Source: Thermoleophilaceae bacterium
GTDB taxonomy: Bacteria > Actinomycetota > Thermoleophilia > Solirubrobacterales > Thermoleophilaceae
Assembly: GCA_030447725.1 (NCBI GenBank)
Contig: JAUJOQ010000007.1
Location: 42,870-106,869, forward strand
Direction of reading: 5' to 3'
Length of the DNA stretch: 64,000 nt
Shown: piece after piece, positions 29,989 to 38,998 of the stretch
How positions within the stretch are numbered: position 1 is the first letter of the stretch
How the letters are laid out: each line of letters starts with the position of its first letter
Program-made: the position numbers and the translations under genes
The notes under the pieces: generated by a model
What the model was told of the DNA's origin: nothing
What the model saw: the letters and a program-made list of their open reading frames with translations, nothing else
Database searches by the model: none

Positions 29989-31173
29989 TCATCCGACCCG
30001 CTCCAGGAAGCGGTCGAAGAGATGAAGCGAGTCGTGCGGCCCCGGGCCGGCCTCGGGGTGGTACTGCACGGTGCCACCCGCGACGTCGCGGAGCACCAGC
30101 CCCTCGACCGTGCGGTCGTAGAGGTTGACCTGCGACAACTCGGCGGAGCCGAAGTCGGTGTCCCATCGGACCGCCTCGTCGGCTCCGAACCTGCGCTCTC
30201 CTTGGGGGCCGAGCACCGCAAAGCCATGATTCTGTGAGGTGACCTCGATCCGCCCGGTCTCGAGGTCCTTGACCGGGTGGTTGGCCCCGCGGTGGCCGAA
30301 GGGCAGCTTGTAGGTGTCGAGGCCGACCGCGCGGCAGAGAAGCTGATGCCCGAGGCATATCCCCCATACCGGCACCTTGCCCACCACTCCGCGCACGGCC
30401 TCGACCACATGGTCCAGAGCCGCGGGATCGCCCGGCCCGTTGGCCAGGAAGACGGCGTCCGGGCCGCGGGCGAGCAGAGTCGCCGCGGAGGTGTCGCAGG
30501 GATGCAGCTCGACCGTCGCGCCGCGCTCGCGCAGGTTGCGCACGATCGAGTCCTTGATGCCGGTGTCGAGCGCCACCACCCGCGGCCCGCCGTGCCCCGA
30601 GAGGGGGCCGAGGACCACCGGACCGGCCGGCGTGACCTCCGCGGCGAGGTCCTGCCCGGCCATCGGTGGCTCGGCCATCACCCGGTCCATCGCCTCCTCC
30701 CCGGACAGATCGCCTCCGAAGACACCGCCGCGCATCGAGCCGCGGTCGCGGATGTGGCGCACCAGCGCCCGCGTGTCGATGCCGCTGATCGCCGGGATGC
30801 CGCAGTCGGTGAGCCAGGTCAGCCATCCGCCCTCGGCATGCGGGGCGTCATCGCGATCGACGCCCTCGCGCATGACGACCGCCCTCGTGTGCACGGAGTC
30901 GGACTCCATGTGATCGGAGGCCACCCCGTAGTTGCCGATCATCGGGTAGGTGAAGACGATGATCTGACCCCGGTAGCTGGGGTCGGTGACCGACTCCTGG
31001 TAGCCCGACATCGCCGTGTTGAAGACGACCTCGCCGGTGGCGGCCCGAGCGGATGGTGATGCGAAGGATTGGTCATCCATGCCCAATCCTTCAAGGCTGG
31101 CGCCCACGGAGTCCCCATCGAAGCGCGTGCCGTCCTCGAGCAGCAGGAACGCGCTCGTTCGATCCGGCGCCAT
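29989..31173 (-). CDS. carA: Carbamoyl-phosphate synthase small (glutaminase) subunit
   Basis: ATG at 31173 (TGATG junction with the pyrC stop). LLLEDGTRF.G...GEVVFNTAMSGYQE..TDPSY and the GICLGHQ triad. Contains palindromic-element copy 3 as an in-frame insertion. Confidence 0.95.
   Translation of the reverse strand: MAPDRTSAFLLLEDGTRFDGDSVGASLEGLGMDDQSFASPSARAATGEVVFNTAMSGYQESVTDPSYRGQIIVFTYPMIGNYGVASDHMESDSVHTRAVVMREGVDRDDAPHAEGGWLTWLTDCGIPAISGIDTRALVRHIRDRGSMRGGVFGGDLSGEEAMDRVMAEPPMAGQDLAAEVTPAGPVVLGPLSGHGGPRVVALDTGIKDSIVRNLRERGATVELHPCDTSAATLLARGPDAVFLANGPGDPAALDHVVEAVRGVVGKVPVWGICLGHQLLCRAVGLDTYKLPFGHRGANHPVKDLETGRIEVTSQNHGFAVLGPQGERRFGADEAVRWDTDFGSAELSQVNLYDRTVEGLVLRDVAGGTVQYHPEAGPGPHDSLHLFDRFLERVG
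31063..31092. repeat. Palindromic mini-element, copy 3 (in carA)
   Basis: GAAGGATTGGTCAT-CC-ATGCCCAATCCTTC. 14-bp arms, 13 of 14 complementary. Confidence 0.85.
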
Positions 31174-32528
31174 CAGGCCACGGCCCCGATCGCGAAGGAA
31201 CGCTCCCTGAAGGCCACCGCCCCGGCGGCGATCGTCATCCGCACCCGACCGGCCAGGCGCCGGCCGGCGAAGGCGCAGTTCGACGAGCGGCTCTCGTAGC
31301 CCGACTCCCCGACCTCCCACTCCGCGGCCAGGTCGACCAGGCACACGCTGGCCGGGGCATCTTTGGCGAGGGTGGGAATCGAGAGGCCAAAGGGCTCACC
31401 GCCCGCGGTCATCCGCTCGATCACCAGGCCGAGTCCCAGCACGCCGGGGACCACGAGGTCGGTGTACAGCGCGGCGAAGGCGCTCTCGAGACCGGTGACC
31501 CCCATCGGGGCCGTCTCGAACGGCTCCTCCTTCTCCTCGCTCGCGTGGGGGGCGTGGTCGGTGGCGATGCAGCCGAGGACCCCGGAGCGAACTCCGTCGA
31601 TCAGCGCCTGGCGATCGTCCTCGGAGCGCAGCGGCGGGTTCATCTTGTAGCGGGTGTCGAGACCGCGCACGCACTCGTGGGTGAGCAGGAGATGGTGGGG
31701 GGTGGCCTCGGCGGTCACACGAACGCCCGCCGCGCGGGCGCGCTCGAGCACCTCCACGGTCTGGCGGGCGGATACGTGCTGCACGTGGATGAAGCCGTCC
31801 TCGTAAGCCGCCAGCTCGGTGTCGCGGGCCACCATCGTCGACTCGGACACCGAGGGGATCCCGGCCACCCCGAGCAGCGCCGACAGGTCGCCCTCGTGCA
31901 TCGCCCCATCTCCCGACAGCGCCGGGTCTTCCTCGTGCAGGGCGATGCAGCGTCCGGCCAGCCGTTGGTAGGCCAGCGCCTGGCGCATGACCCTTGCCGA
32001 GCGCAGCGGGAGACCGTCGTCGGTGAAGCCGGCGGCGCCGGCCTGAGCCAGCTCGGCCATCTCGGTGAGCTGCTCACCCCGCTGACCGATCGTGACTGCG
32101 GCGGTGAACCCCGTCGGTATCCGGGCCTCCTTGCGGGCGCGCTCGCGCAGGGAGCCGAGCACCGAGGCGGAGTCCACCACCGGATCGGTGTTCGGCATGG
32201 CCAGGATCGCGCCGTAGCCACCTGCCGCGGCTGAGCGAGTGCCCGTCTCGATGTCCTCCTCGTCCTCGCGTCCGGGCGTACGCAGATGAACGTGCGGATC
32301 GACGAAGGCCGGGAAGGCGTGAAGGCCCTCGGCCTCCACGATCTCGGCGTGAGGGGGCGCTCTCAGCGCGCCCGGGGCTCCGATCTCGGCTACCGCGCCG
32401 TCGCGCACCAGCAGGTCGCCCGGCCGATCGAGGCCGGTGCGTGGATCGAGCAGGTGCGCCCGCCGGATCAGAAGGGCTGCGGGGGCGACATCGGCCCAGT
32501 CGAGCAGGGAGTCGAGCGGGACGTTCAT
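31173..32528 (-). CDS. pyrC: Dihydroorotase
   Basis: 451 aa; DPHVHLRTPG metal-binding motif, and DHAPH. Confidence 0.93.
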   Translation of the reverse strand: MNVPLDSLLDWADVAPAALLIRRAHLLDPRTGLDRPGDLLVRDGAVAEIGAPGALRAPPHAEIVEAEGLHAFPAFVDPHVHLRTPGREDEEDIETGTRSAAAGGYGAILAMPNTDPVVDSASVLGSLRERARKEARIPTGFTAAVTIGQRGEQLTEMAELAQAGAAGFTDDGLPLRSARVMRQALAYQRLAGRCIALHEEDPALSGDGAMHEGDLSALLGVAGIPSVSESTMVARDTELAAYEDGFIHVQHVSARQTVEVLERARAAGVRVTAEATPHHLLLTHECVRGLDTRYKMNPPLRSEDDRQALIDGVRSGVLGCIATDHAPHASEEKEEPFETAPMGVTGLESAFAALYTDLVVPGVLGLGLVIERMTAGGEPFGLSIPTLAKDAPASVCLVDLAAEWEVGESGYESRSSNCAFAGRRLAGRVRMTIAAGAVAFRERSFAIGAVA

Positions 32529-33484
32529 GCGGGCTGGGGCTCCGAGGCCGGCCGCGAGGGATCCTCAGCGCCGCGCAGGGGACCCGAGCCGCCCGCCAGC
32601 AGCTCGTAGAGCACGGCCATCCGGACCACCACGCCCGACTCCACCTGATCGGTGATCAGAGCCTGCGGTGAGTCGATCACCTCGGCCGACAGCTCGACCC
32701 CACGGTTCACCGGGCCCGGGTGCATCAGCAGCTGTCCGGCCCCGAGGCGGCGGCCGTCGATCTGGTACTGCGCCGCGTACTCGCGCAGGGAGGGCACGAA
32801 CGACCCCGTCATGCGCTCGTGCTGCATCCGCAGCGCGTAGACCACGTCGGCCTCGGCCAGGTCGTCGAGCGTGATGCGCACCTCGCAGCCCAGCGACTCG
32901 ACGCCACGCGGGATCAGGGTGGGCGGGCCGCAGACCGTTACGCGGCACCCCATTCGGCCGAAGGCCAGGATGTTCGACCGCGCCACGCGGCTGTGGAGCA
33001 CGTCTCCCACGATCCAGACGTTGAGGCCCTCGAGGCGCCCGGCGCGGCGGCGCAGCGTGTAGAGGTCGAGCAGCGCCTGCGTGGGGTGCTCGTGCTTGCC
33101 GTCGCCCGCGTTGATCACCGAGGCGGGAGTCCAGCTCGCCACGAGGCCGGCGGCGCCCGCGTGGGGCGAGCGAAAGACCACCGCGGCCGGGTCGTAGGCC
33201 GAGAGCGTCTGGACGGTGTCCTTCAGCGACTCGCCCTTGTCGACGGCGGAGCCCTGCGCCTTGATGGGCACCAGGTCGGCCGACAGCCGCTTGGCGGCCA
33301 GCTCGAAGGACGAGCTGGTGCGCGTGGACGCCTCGTAGAAGAGGTTGATCACGGTGCGCCCCCGCAGCGTCGGAACCTTCTTGATCTCGCGGCCCGACAC
33401 CTCCGCGAAGCTCTCAGCGCGCCCGAGGATCCGCTCGATGTCCTCTCGCGACAGGTCGTCGACCGAGAGCAGATGCCGTTTCAT
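32525..33484 (-). CDS. pyrB: Aspartate carbamoyltransferase catalytic subunit
   Basis: 319 aa; [21 protein letters not shown] and HPGP motifs. Confidence 0.96.
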   Translation of the reverse strand: MKRHLLSVDDLSREDIERILGRAESFAEVSGREIKKVPTLRGRTVINLFYEASTRTSSSFELAAKRLSADLVPIKAQGSAVDKGESLKDTVQTLSAYDPAAVVFRSPHAGAAGLVASWTPASVINAGDGKHEHPTQALLDLYTLRRRAGRLEGLNVWIVGDVLHSRVARSNILAFGRMGCRVTVCGPPTLIPRGVESLGCEVRITLDDLAEADVVYALRMQHERMTGSFVPSLREYAAQYQIDGRRLGAGQLLMHPGPVNRGVELSAEVIDSPQALITDQVESGVVVRMAVLYELLAGGSGPLRGAEDPSRPASEPQPA

Positions 33485-34098
33485 GCGTTCCCTCCATCCC
33501 GCGAGTCTCGGTGCGGTGCTCGCGCCACCACCGATCCCGCGGTGCCCCTGCCCCAGGCGCCGTCTCCGTCCGAGATCGACACCTCGTCCTCGCCGTCGAG
33601 CTCGGCCACCGTCACGTTCACGCGCTCGCTGCGCGCGGTGGGCAGGTTCTTGCCCACGTAGTCGGGCCGGATCGGCAGCTCGCGATGACCGCGATCGGCC
33701 AGCACTGCCAGCTGCACCCGCGGGGGACGGCCGTAGTCGAACAGGGCGTCGATCGCCGCGCGCACGGTCCGGCCGGTGAACAGCACGTCGTCGACGAGCA
33801 CCACGGTGGCGTCCTCGATCGCGAAGTCGATGTGTGAGGCATGCACGACCGGCTGGGCGCCCGGCTCGCGCATCCCGAGGTCGTCACGGTAGAAGGAGAT
33901 GTCCACGTCGCCCAGGGGAACCCGCTCCTCGACGAGGTCGGCGATCAGGTCCCTGAGCCGTCCCGCGAGCAGCGCCCCCCGGCGGTGGATGCCGACGACG
34001 GCGATCGTCTCGCCGCGATTGCGCTCGACGATCTCGTGAGCGATGCGCACCAGGGTGCGCCGCACGTCGTCGCGGTCGAGCACGACCTTGTCGGTCAT
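33481..34098 (-). CDS. pyrR: Bifunctional pyr operon regulator/uracil phosphoribosyltransferase PyrR
   Basis: [14 protein letters not shown]...VGIHRRG...[21 protein letters not shown] motif, with a roughly 30-aa C-terminal extension. Confidence 0.93.
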   Translation of the reverse strand: MTDKVVLDRDDVRRTLVRIAHEIVERNRGETIAVVGIHRRGALLAGRLRDLIADLVEERVPLGDVDISFYRDDLGMREPGAQPVVHASHIDFAIEDATVVLVDDVLFTGRTVRAAIDALFDYGRPPRVQLAVLADRGHRELPIRPDYVGKNLPTARSERVNVTVAELDGEDEVSISDGDGAWGRGTAGSVVARAPHRDSRDGGNA

Positions 34099-34103
34099 GG
34101 GAA

Positions 34104-34140
34104 CGTCCTTCCTGGCCTCGCGGGACCGGGTTAAAGGATG
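34104..34140 (-). promoter_or_regulatory. Putative PyrR-binding hairpin overlapping the pyrR ribosome-binding site
   Basis: The minus-strand leader UCCUUUAACCCGGUCCCGCGAGGCCAGGAAGGA contains GGUCCCGCGAGGCC, which resembles the PyrR box (ARUCCAGAGAGGYU). The 3' arm AGGAAGGA is the SD, 7 nt before the ATG. Confidence 0.45.
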
Positions 34141-34170
34141 CTCGGCGAGAGTAGCAGCGGCCCCGGCGGC

Positions 34171-34905
34171 TCAGCGTCCGCCAGCTGGGGGTTCGGCGCC
34201 CGGCTTGTGAGCCGCGAGCGCGACGTGGCGCACCGACCAGCCGGCGCGCGCATGGAGCTTGAAGCGACCTCGTTCGTCGATCCGATCGAACCCCGCGGTG
34301 GCCAGCATCGCCTTCCACGCGCGCACGTTCGGCTCCCAGAAGACGACCGCCGCGTCCCTGGCGGCCCGCCATCGCGCGACCGGAAACGGCAGGAGGTTGA
34401 GGAGGGGGTCGAAGGACTCCACCGATATGAAAGTGCCCCGGCAGAGGTTGGCGATCCGCTCGATCGCCAGCGCCTGGTCGCGCAAGTGGATGAGCACCGA
34501 GCCGCAGAAGACCAGATCGAACGTGCCGAGATCGTCGGGTAGCGCGTGATAGATGGACCTGCTGACCCGCTCGACGTTCGACCCGAAGGCCTCCTTGGCC
34601 AGCGCAAAGCCCGCGCCCCGCGGCGTCTCGGGGAACGTGTCCGGACGGCGGTCGGCCGGCCAGTCCAGATCGCGTTCGTCGTCGAGGTCGAGCGCCATGA
34701 CCTCGGCGCCGCGCCGCTCCATCTCGAAGGCCCAGAATCCGTCCCAGGTGCCGACGTCGAGGGCGCGCATCCCTTCCATCCGCTCCGGCAGGCCGTAGCG
34801 GTGAACGACGCCCCGAAGGTCGAACATCCCGGGGGTGACGTACCCGGGGGCGAGCTCCAGCGTGTGGTACCAGGTGAGCTCCTCGGCCCTCTGCACGGCG
34901 TCCAC
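34171..34905 (-). CDS. Class I SAM-dependent methyltransferase, CmoB/DUF1698-like WYHT family, paralog A
   Basis: GTG start. TWYHTLELAPGYVTPG, ALDVGTWDGFWAFEMERRGAAEVMALDL, FDLVFCGSVLIHLRD. Confidence 0.75.
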   Translation of the reverse strand: MDAVQRAEELTWYHTLELAPGYVTPGMFDLRGVVHRYGLPERMEGMRALDVGTWDGFWAFEMERRGAEVMALDLDDERDLDWPADRRPDTFPETPRGAGFALAKEAFGSNVERVSRSIYHALPDDLGTFDLVFCGSVLIHLRDQALAIERIANLCRGTFISVESFDPLLNLLPFPVARWRAARDAAVVFWEPNVRAWKAMLATAGFDRIDERGRFKLHARAGWSVRHVALAAHKPGAEPPAGGR

Positions 34906-34934
34906 GGCGGTGGACCGTACTATGGCGCCCGCTC

Positions 34935-35633
34935 ATGCTCGCTTCCAGCTCCAGGCGAATCGCCGAGCGCCTCGGAACCGACGATGTGGTTCTCGACGTC
35001 GGTGCGTGGGGGCGGCCCTTCAGACGCGCAGACTGGGTGATGGACCTCATGCCCTACGAGACCCGGGGGCTCTACGGCCACGACGGTGAGGGGCCGGAGC
35101 GGTTCTCCGCGGGCACATGGATACAGCGCGACATCTGCGACCGCACTCCTTTCCCGTTCGACGACGACCAGGTCGACTTCGCGATCTGCTCACACACGCT
35201 CGAGGACGTGCGTGATCCCGTCTGGGTGTGCTCGGAGCTGGCGCGCGTCGCCAGGGCCGGGTACATCGAAGTGCCATCCCGGCTGGAGGAGCAGAGCTTT
35301 GGCTTCCAGGGGCCGTGGGTGGGCTGGGGCCACCACCGCTGGCTGATCGAGGTCGACCACGAGCGCATCGAGTTCGTGTTCAAGCACCACGTCCTCCATG
35401 GCCGCGCGAGCGATCACTTCCCGGCCGGCTTCCATGACCTGCTCAGTGAGGAGGAGCGGGTCGAGACCCTGTGGTGGGAGGGCTCCTTCGAGGCCACCGA
35501 GCGGGTGATGACCTCGGCGGAGGAGCTCGACCCCTACCTCGCCGAGTTCGTGAGCCGGGAGCTTGCTGCCCGGCCGCCCGTGCGGCGCAGGCGGCCCCGC
35601 CTGCGGCTGCGACTCCGGCGCGGTTGCGGCTAG
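34935..35633 (+). CDS. SAM-dependent methyltransferase (Methyltransf_11/23-like)
   Basis: VVLDVGAWGRP... and VDFAICSHTLEDVRDPVWVCSELARVARAGYIEVP. Arg-rich C-terminus. Confidence 0.65.
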   Translation: MLASSSRRIAERLGTDDVVLDVGAWGRPFRRADWVMDLMPYETRGLYGHDGEGPERFSAGTWIQRDICDRTPFPFDDDQVDFAICSHTLEDVRDPVWVCSELARVARAGYIEVPSRLEEQSFGFQGPWVGWGHHRWLIEVDHERIEFVFKHHVLHGRASDHFPAGFHDLLSEEERVETLWWEGSFEATERVMTSAEELDPYLAEFVSRELAARPPVRRRRPRLRLRLRRGCG

Positions 35634-36586
35634 GCCTCGGCGGCGGTCTGAGCCGCGGCGCGGACCTCATGGCGCACGTGCTCGGGAGCTCCCCGCTCGG
35701 GGAAGGGGATCTCCACCCGGTCGAAGTCCCGCGGCACGATGGTCCGTCCGAACACCGACCGCGCTTCGTCGAGCACCTCCCCTCCCCCGTAGCGAGAGGA
35801 CAGATGCGTGAGCGCCAGCAGGCCGACCTCGGCCCCCGCGGCTAGCTCGGCCGCGCCGCGGGCGGTCGAGTGTCCGGTCTCCCTCGCCCGGCCGGCCTCC
35901 TCCTCCATGAAGGTGGCCTCGTGCACGAGCAGGTCCGCGCCGTGCGCCACCGCCCGCGTCATGTCGGAGGGCGCGGTGTCGCCCGTGAGCACGATCGTCC
36001 GGCCACGGCGGGGATCGCCGAGCACCTGATCGGGGGTCGCGTGGCCGACGGTCTCTCCACGCTGCAGCCGGCCGAAGTCGGGCCCCGGCGAGACCCCGAG
36101 CTCTCTGGCGCGCCCTTCATCGAAGCGTCCCGGGCGCGCGTCCTCGATCAGGGCGTACCCGAGCGCGGTAATTCCGTGGTCGACCGCGAAGGCAGCGATC
36201 CGGTAGCCGTCGCCGTCCAGCTCGTGGCCCGGCTCGAGCTGGCGCAGGTGAACCTCGTAGGAGGTCCGCCCCACCACGGGACGCAGGGCGGCGAACATCC
36301 GCCCGAGCCCGATCGGGCCGTACACGTGCAGGGGCCGTTCGCGACCCATCAGGCCATAGGTCTTCAGCAGGCCGGGCAGCCCCAGGAAATGGTCGGCATG
36401 AAAGTGGGTGACGAACACCTCGTCTATCTCGACGAGGCCCACGGAGCGAATCAGCTGACGCTGGGTGCCCTCCCCGCAGTCGAAGAGCAACCGGTCGCCG
36501 CCGCGGCGGATCAGCGTGGCGGGAAGGCCACGGCGCACGGTGGGGGCCGAGCCGGCGGTGCCCAGGAAGAGAACGTCGAGATCCAC
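35630..36586 (-). CDS. rnz: Ribonuclease Z
   Basis: LFLGTAGSAPT..R......I......LFDCGEGTQRQL and THFHADH. Confidence 0.85.
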   Translation of the reverse strand: MDLDVLFLGTAGSAPTVRRGLPATLIRRGGDRLLFDCGEGTQRQLIRSVGLVEIDEVFVTHFHADHFLGLPGLLKTYGLMGRERPLHVYGPIGLGRMFAALRPVVGRTSYEVHLRQLEPGHELDGDGYRIAAFAVDHGITALGYALIEDARPGRFDEGRARELGVSPGPDFGRLQRGETVGHATPDQVLGDPRRGRTIVLTGDTAPSDMTRAVAHGADLLVHEATFMEEEAGRARETGHSTARGAAELAAGAEVGLLALTHLSSRYGGGEVLDEARSVFGRTIVPRDFDRVEIPFPERGAPEHVRHEVRAAAQTAAEA

Positions 36587-36598
36587 GGGCGCCTGTCG

Positions 36599-37087
36599 TC
36601 AGTCCAGCTCGATCAGCTCGAACTCGACGCTGCCGCCGGTGCAACGGGCCAGGCCCATGGTGTGCGCGCCCGCGCGCCGTCGTTCCGTGGGGCTGCCGGG
36701 ATTGAAGATCTGAAAGCCGTCCTCACGCTCATGCAGGGGGAGATGGGAATGGCCGAAGACCACGGCGTCCGCGTCGGGAAAGCGGCGTCGCATCCGTGCC
36801 AGACGCCTCTTCCGGGGCCCCGCGTCGTGGACCATGGCGATTCGCGCGCCGTCGGCGTCGACAATTCGCGCGGCCGGCAGCCGGCGCGTGAGCTCGTCGT
36901 CGTCCACGTTGCCGTGCACCGCGAGCACCGGAGGGCCGATCCGTTCCATCTCCGCCAGGGTCGTGGCCGTGCTCACATCGCCGGCATGGAGGATCAGGTC
37001 CGTCGTTCCAAGGCGGGCCACGCACGAGTCCGGGAGCCGCCGGGCCCCGCGGGGCATGTGCGTGTCCGATATGACGGCGATCAGCAT
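36599..37087 (-). CDS. YfcE/MJ0936-family metallophosphoesterase
   Basis: MLIAVISDTHMP, HAGD, GNVD and GHSH motifs. Alternative ATG at 37099. Confidence 0.8.
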   Translation of the reverse strand: MLIAVISDTHMPRGARRLPDSCVARLGTTDLILHAGDVSTATTLAEMERIGPPVLAVHGNVDDDELTRRLPAARIVDADGARIAMVHDAGPRKRRLARMRRRFPDADAVVFGHSHLPLHEREDGFQIFNPGSPTERRRAGAHTMGLARCTGGSVEFELIELD

Positions 37088-37116
37088 CTGGAGATCCATC
37101 TAGACTCGGCGCTCGA

Positions 37117-37189
37117 GCGCCCGTAGCTCAGTGGATAGAGCGCTGCCCTCCGGAGGCAGAAGTCGCTGGTTCGAATCCAGCCGGGCGCG
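37117..37189 (+). tRNA. tRNA-Arg (anticodon CCG)
   Basis: Folds as a cloverleaf: acceptor GCGCCCG/CGGGCGC, D arm GCUC-AGUGGAUA-GAGC, anticodon arm CUGCC-CUCCGGA-GGCAG, T arm GCUGG-UUCGAAU-CCAGC, discriminator G. No encoded CCA. Confidence 0.95.
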
Positions 37190-37190
37190 T

Positions 37191-38186
37191 TCAGGCGGCA
37201 GCCCCGCTGAGGCGCTCGCGGTACCAGGCGTAGGTCGTTCCGAGAGCGTCGTCGAGGGTGTGACACGGCGCCCAGCCCAACTCGTCGCGTATGGCGGTGG
37301 AGTCGAGGAACTGACGATCGATCTCACCGTGCGGCGTGCCCTCGCCCTGGATGTCGGGCTCCACGTCGGCCCCCGCGGCGGCAATCAGGCGGTGGACGAT
37401 CTCGAGCACCGACAGTGGCTCGCCCCAGCCACCGTTCCAGGCGCGGCCCCACATCGCCGGGTCGTCCAGCGAGCCGGCGACGGTCAGGTAGCCGTCCACC
37501 GCATCCTCCACGTAGAGGTAGTCCCGCTCAGGAGTTCCGTCCGATCGGATCACAGGCGGCTTGCCTGCGACGAGCGCGCGCGCCGCGTCCGGAACCACCC
37601 GCGACCAGTTGACGTCGCCTCCGCCATAGACGTTGGCGAAGCGCGTGACCGCGACCGGCATGTCGTAGGTCATCGCGTACGAGCGGGCGATCATGTCCGT
37701 GCACGCCTTCGACACGTCGTACGGGTAGCGCGCCTGGAGGGCGAAGTCTTCGCGATAAGGCAGCTCCTCGTGACCACCGTAGGCCTTGTCGGAGGAAGCC
37801 ACGACCACCCGCTTGACGGGGTCGCCCACGACGCCTACAGCTCGGCAGGCTTCGAGCAGGTTGTAGGTCCCACGCACGTTCGTCTCGAAAGTCGAGAGCG
37901 GCGACCGGTTGGCGGTCGCGACGATGGTCTGCGCGCCGAGGTGGAACACGGCGTCGACGGCGTACTCGTTGAGCACCCGCAACAGCGTCTCGTAGGCGAG
38001 CAGATCGGCGAGAACCACCGTACAGCGATCCCCGACGCCGTCGGTCACGAAGCGCGCCTCCGGGTCGACGTCCCTGCGCGGCACCACTACGCGCGCCCCG
38101 GCATCGAGCAGCCGCTCGGCCAGCCACGACCCGATGAAGCCCTGCGCCCCTGTGACCAGCACGGTCTGTCCTCGCCAGCCGGTCAC
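37191..38186 (-). CDS. NAD-dependent sugar-nucleotide 4,6-dehydratase/epimerase (CDP-glucose 4,6-dehydratase-like)
   Basis: VLVTGAQGFIGSWL Rossmann motif, SSDKAYG and YxxxK (YDVSK). The overall pattern is like RfbG. Confidence 0.85.
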   Translation of the reverse strand: MTGWRGQTVLVTGAQGFIGSWLAERLLDAGARVVVPRRDVDPEARFVTDGVGDRCTVVLADLLAYETLLRVLNEYAVDAVFHLGAQTIVATANRSPLSTFETNVRGTYNLLEACRAVGVVGDPVKRVVVASSDKAYGGHEELPYREDFALQARYPYDVSKACTDMIARSYAMTYDMPVAVTRFANVYGGGDVNWSRVVPDAARALVAGKPPVIRSDGTPERDYLYVEDAVDGYLTVAGSLDDPAMWGRAWNGGWGEPLSVLEIVHRLIAAAGADVEPDIQGEGTPHGEIDRQFLDSTAIRDELGWAPCHTLDDALGTTYAWYRERLSGAAA

Positions 38187-38998
38187 AGTCTCGGCTTGGC
38201 GAGCAGGGCTCGGTGTGGCACCCCGGTCCCGCCGGCGAAGGCGCGCTGCAGCATCTGTCCTGCGAGGTGGCGCGGACCGGAACGCCTCGCCTCGAAGGCG
38301 GGGTGGCTCTTTCCGAAACCGAGGACATAAGGCCGCGTCGTCTGCTCGACGGTGAATCCGGCGGCGAAGAGCATCCGCTCATGCCCGGCGGCGTTCGGCA
38401 CCCACCATTGGACCCGTTCCCCGCTTCCGTCGAGCTCGGCGAGGGGGCGTCGAGGGTGCAGCAGCGAAAGCGCCAGCCGTATCTCCTCCGACGACAGGAA
38501 GCTGCCCTTGCAGACGCTCCGGATGGCCTCGAGCGCCCGCAGGGGGTCGCGCAGGTGGAGCAGCAGGGAGCCGCACACCACCGCGTCGAACTCTCCCACG
38601 GTCTCGGGACTCAGCTCGTAGATCGTCATGTCGCGTCGCTCGACCCGCGACTCGAGTGCGACGCGAGCCACATCGAAGCCGCGGGCATGCTCGGGTCCCA
38701 GCCCGTCGATGACCCGCTCCGGGCCCGCCGCGCGGGCGTCGGGAGGCCAGTCCCAGTCATGCGGGTCGGCCACGTCGATCGCCACCACCTCGGCCGCGCC
38801 GCGGCGCTCCAGCTCGAAGGCGAGGTAGCCGTCGTAGGTGCCCACGTCGAGGCAGCGCTTGCCGCGCACGTCGGGCCACGGAAGCACGTCGACGATCGGC
38901 CGGAGGTCGAAATAGCCCGGGGTCTCCATGCCCCCGGGCAGGTCGATCGTGTGGTACCAGGCGGGGACCGACGCGACCTGCTCCGCCAGAGCGGTCAC
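38183..38998 (-). CDS. WYHT-family methyltransferase, paralog B
   Basis: GTG at 38998 in a GTGA overlap with the paralog C stop. AWYHTIDLPGGMETPG, CLDVGTYDGYLAFELERRGAAEVVAIDV, LLLHLRDP. Confidence 0.75.
   Translation of the reverse strand: MTALAEQVASVPAWYHTIDLPGGMETPGYFDLRPIVDVLPWPDVRGKRCLDVGTYDGYLAFELERRGAAEVVAIDVADPHDWDWPPDARAAGPERVIDGLGPEHARGFDVARVALESRVERRDMTIYELSPETVGEFDAVVCGSLLLHLRDPLRALEAIRSVCKGSFLSSEEIRLALSLLHPRRPLAELDGSGERVQWWVPNAAGHERMLFAAGFTVEQTTRPYVLGFGKSHPAFEARRSGPRHLAGQMLQRAFAGGTGVPHRALLAKPRL
38805..38960. repeat. 156-bp perfect direct repeat, unit 1 (in paralog B)
   Basis: Identical by eye to 39614-39769 (CGCTCCAGCTCGAAGGCGAGGTAGCC...GTGTGGTACCAG). Flanking sequence diverges on both sides. 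Confidence 0.85.

Noticed and set aside
38921-38943. Hairpin-like palindrome CCCGGGG-TCTCCATG-CCCCCGGG (also at 39725-39747) as a further copy of the palindromic mini-element.
   Set aside because: It shares only the CCATGCC core. It encodes the conserved LPGGMETPG motif of the WYHT methyltransferases, so it is explained by protein conservation plus duplication.
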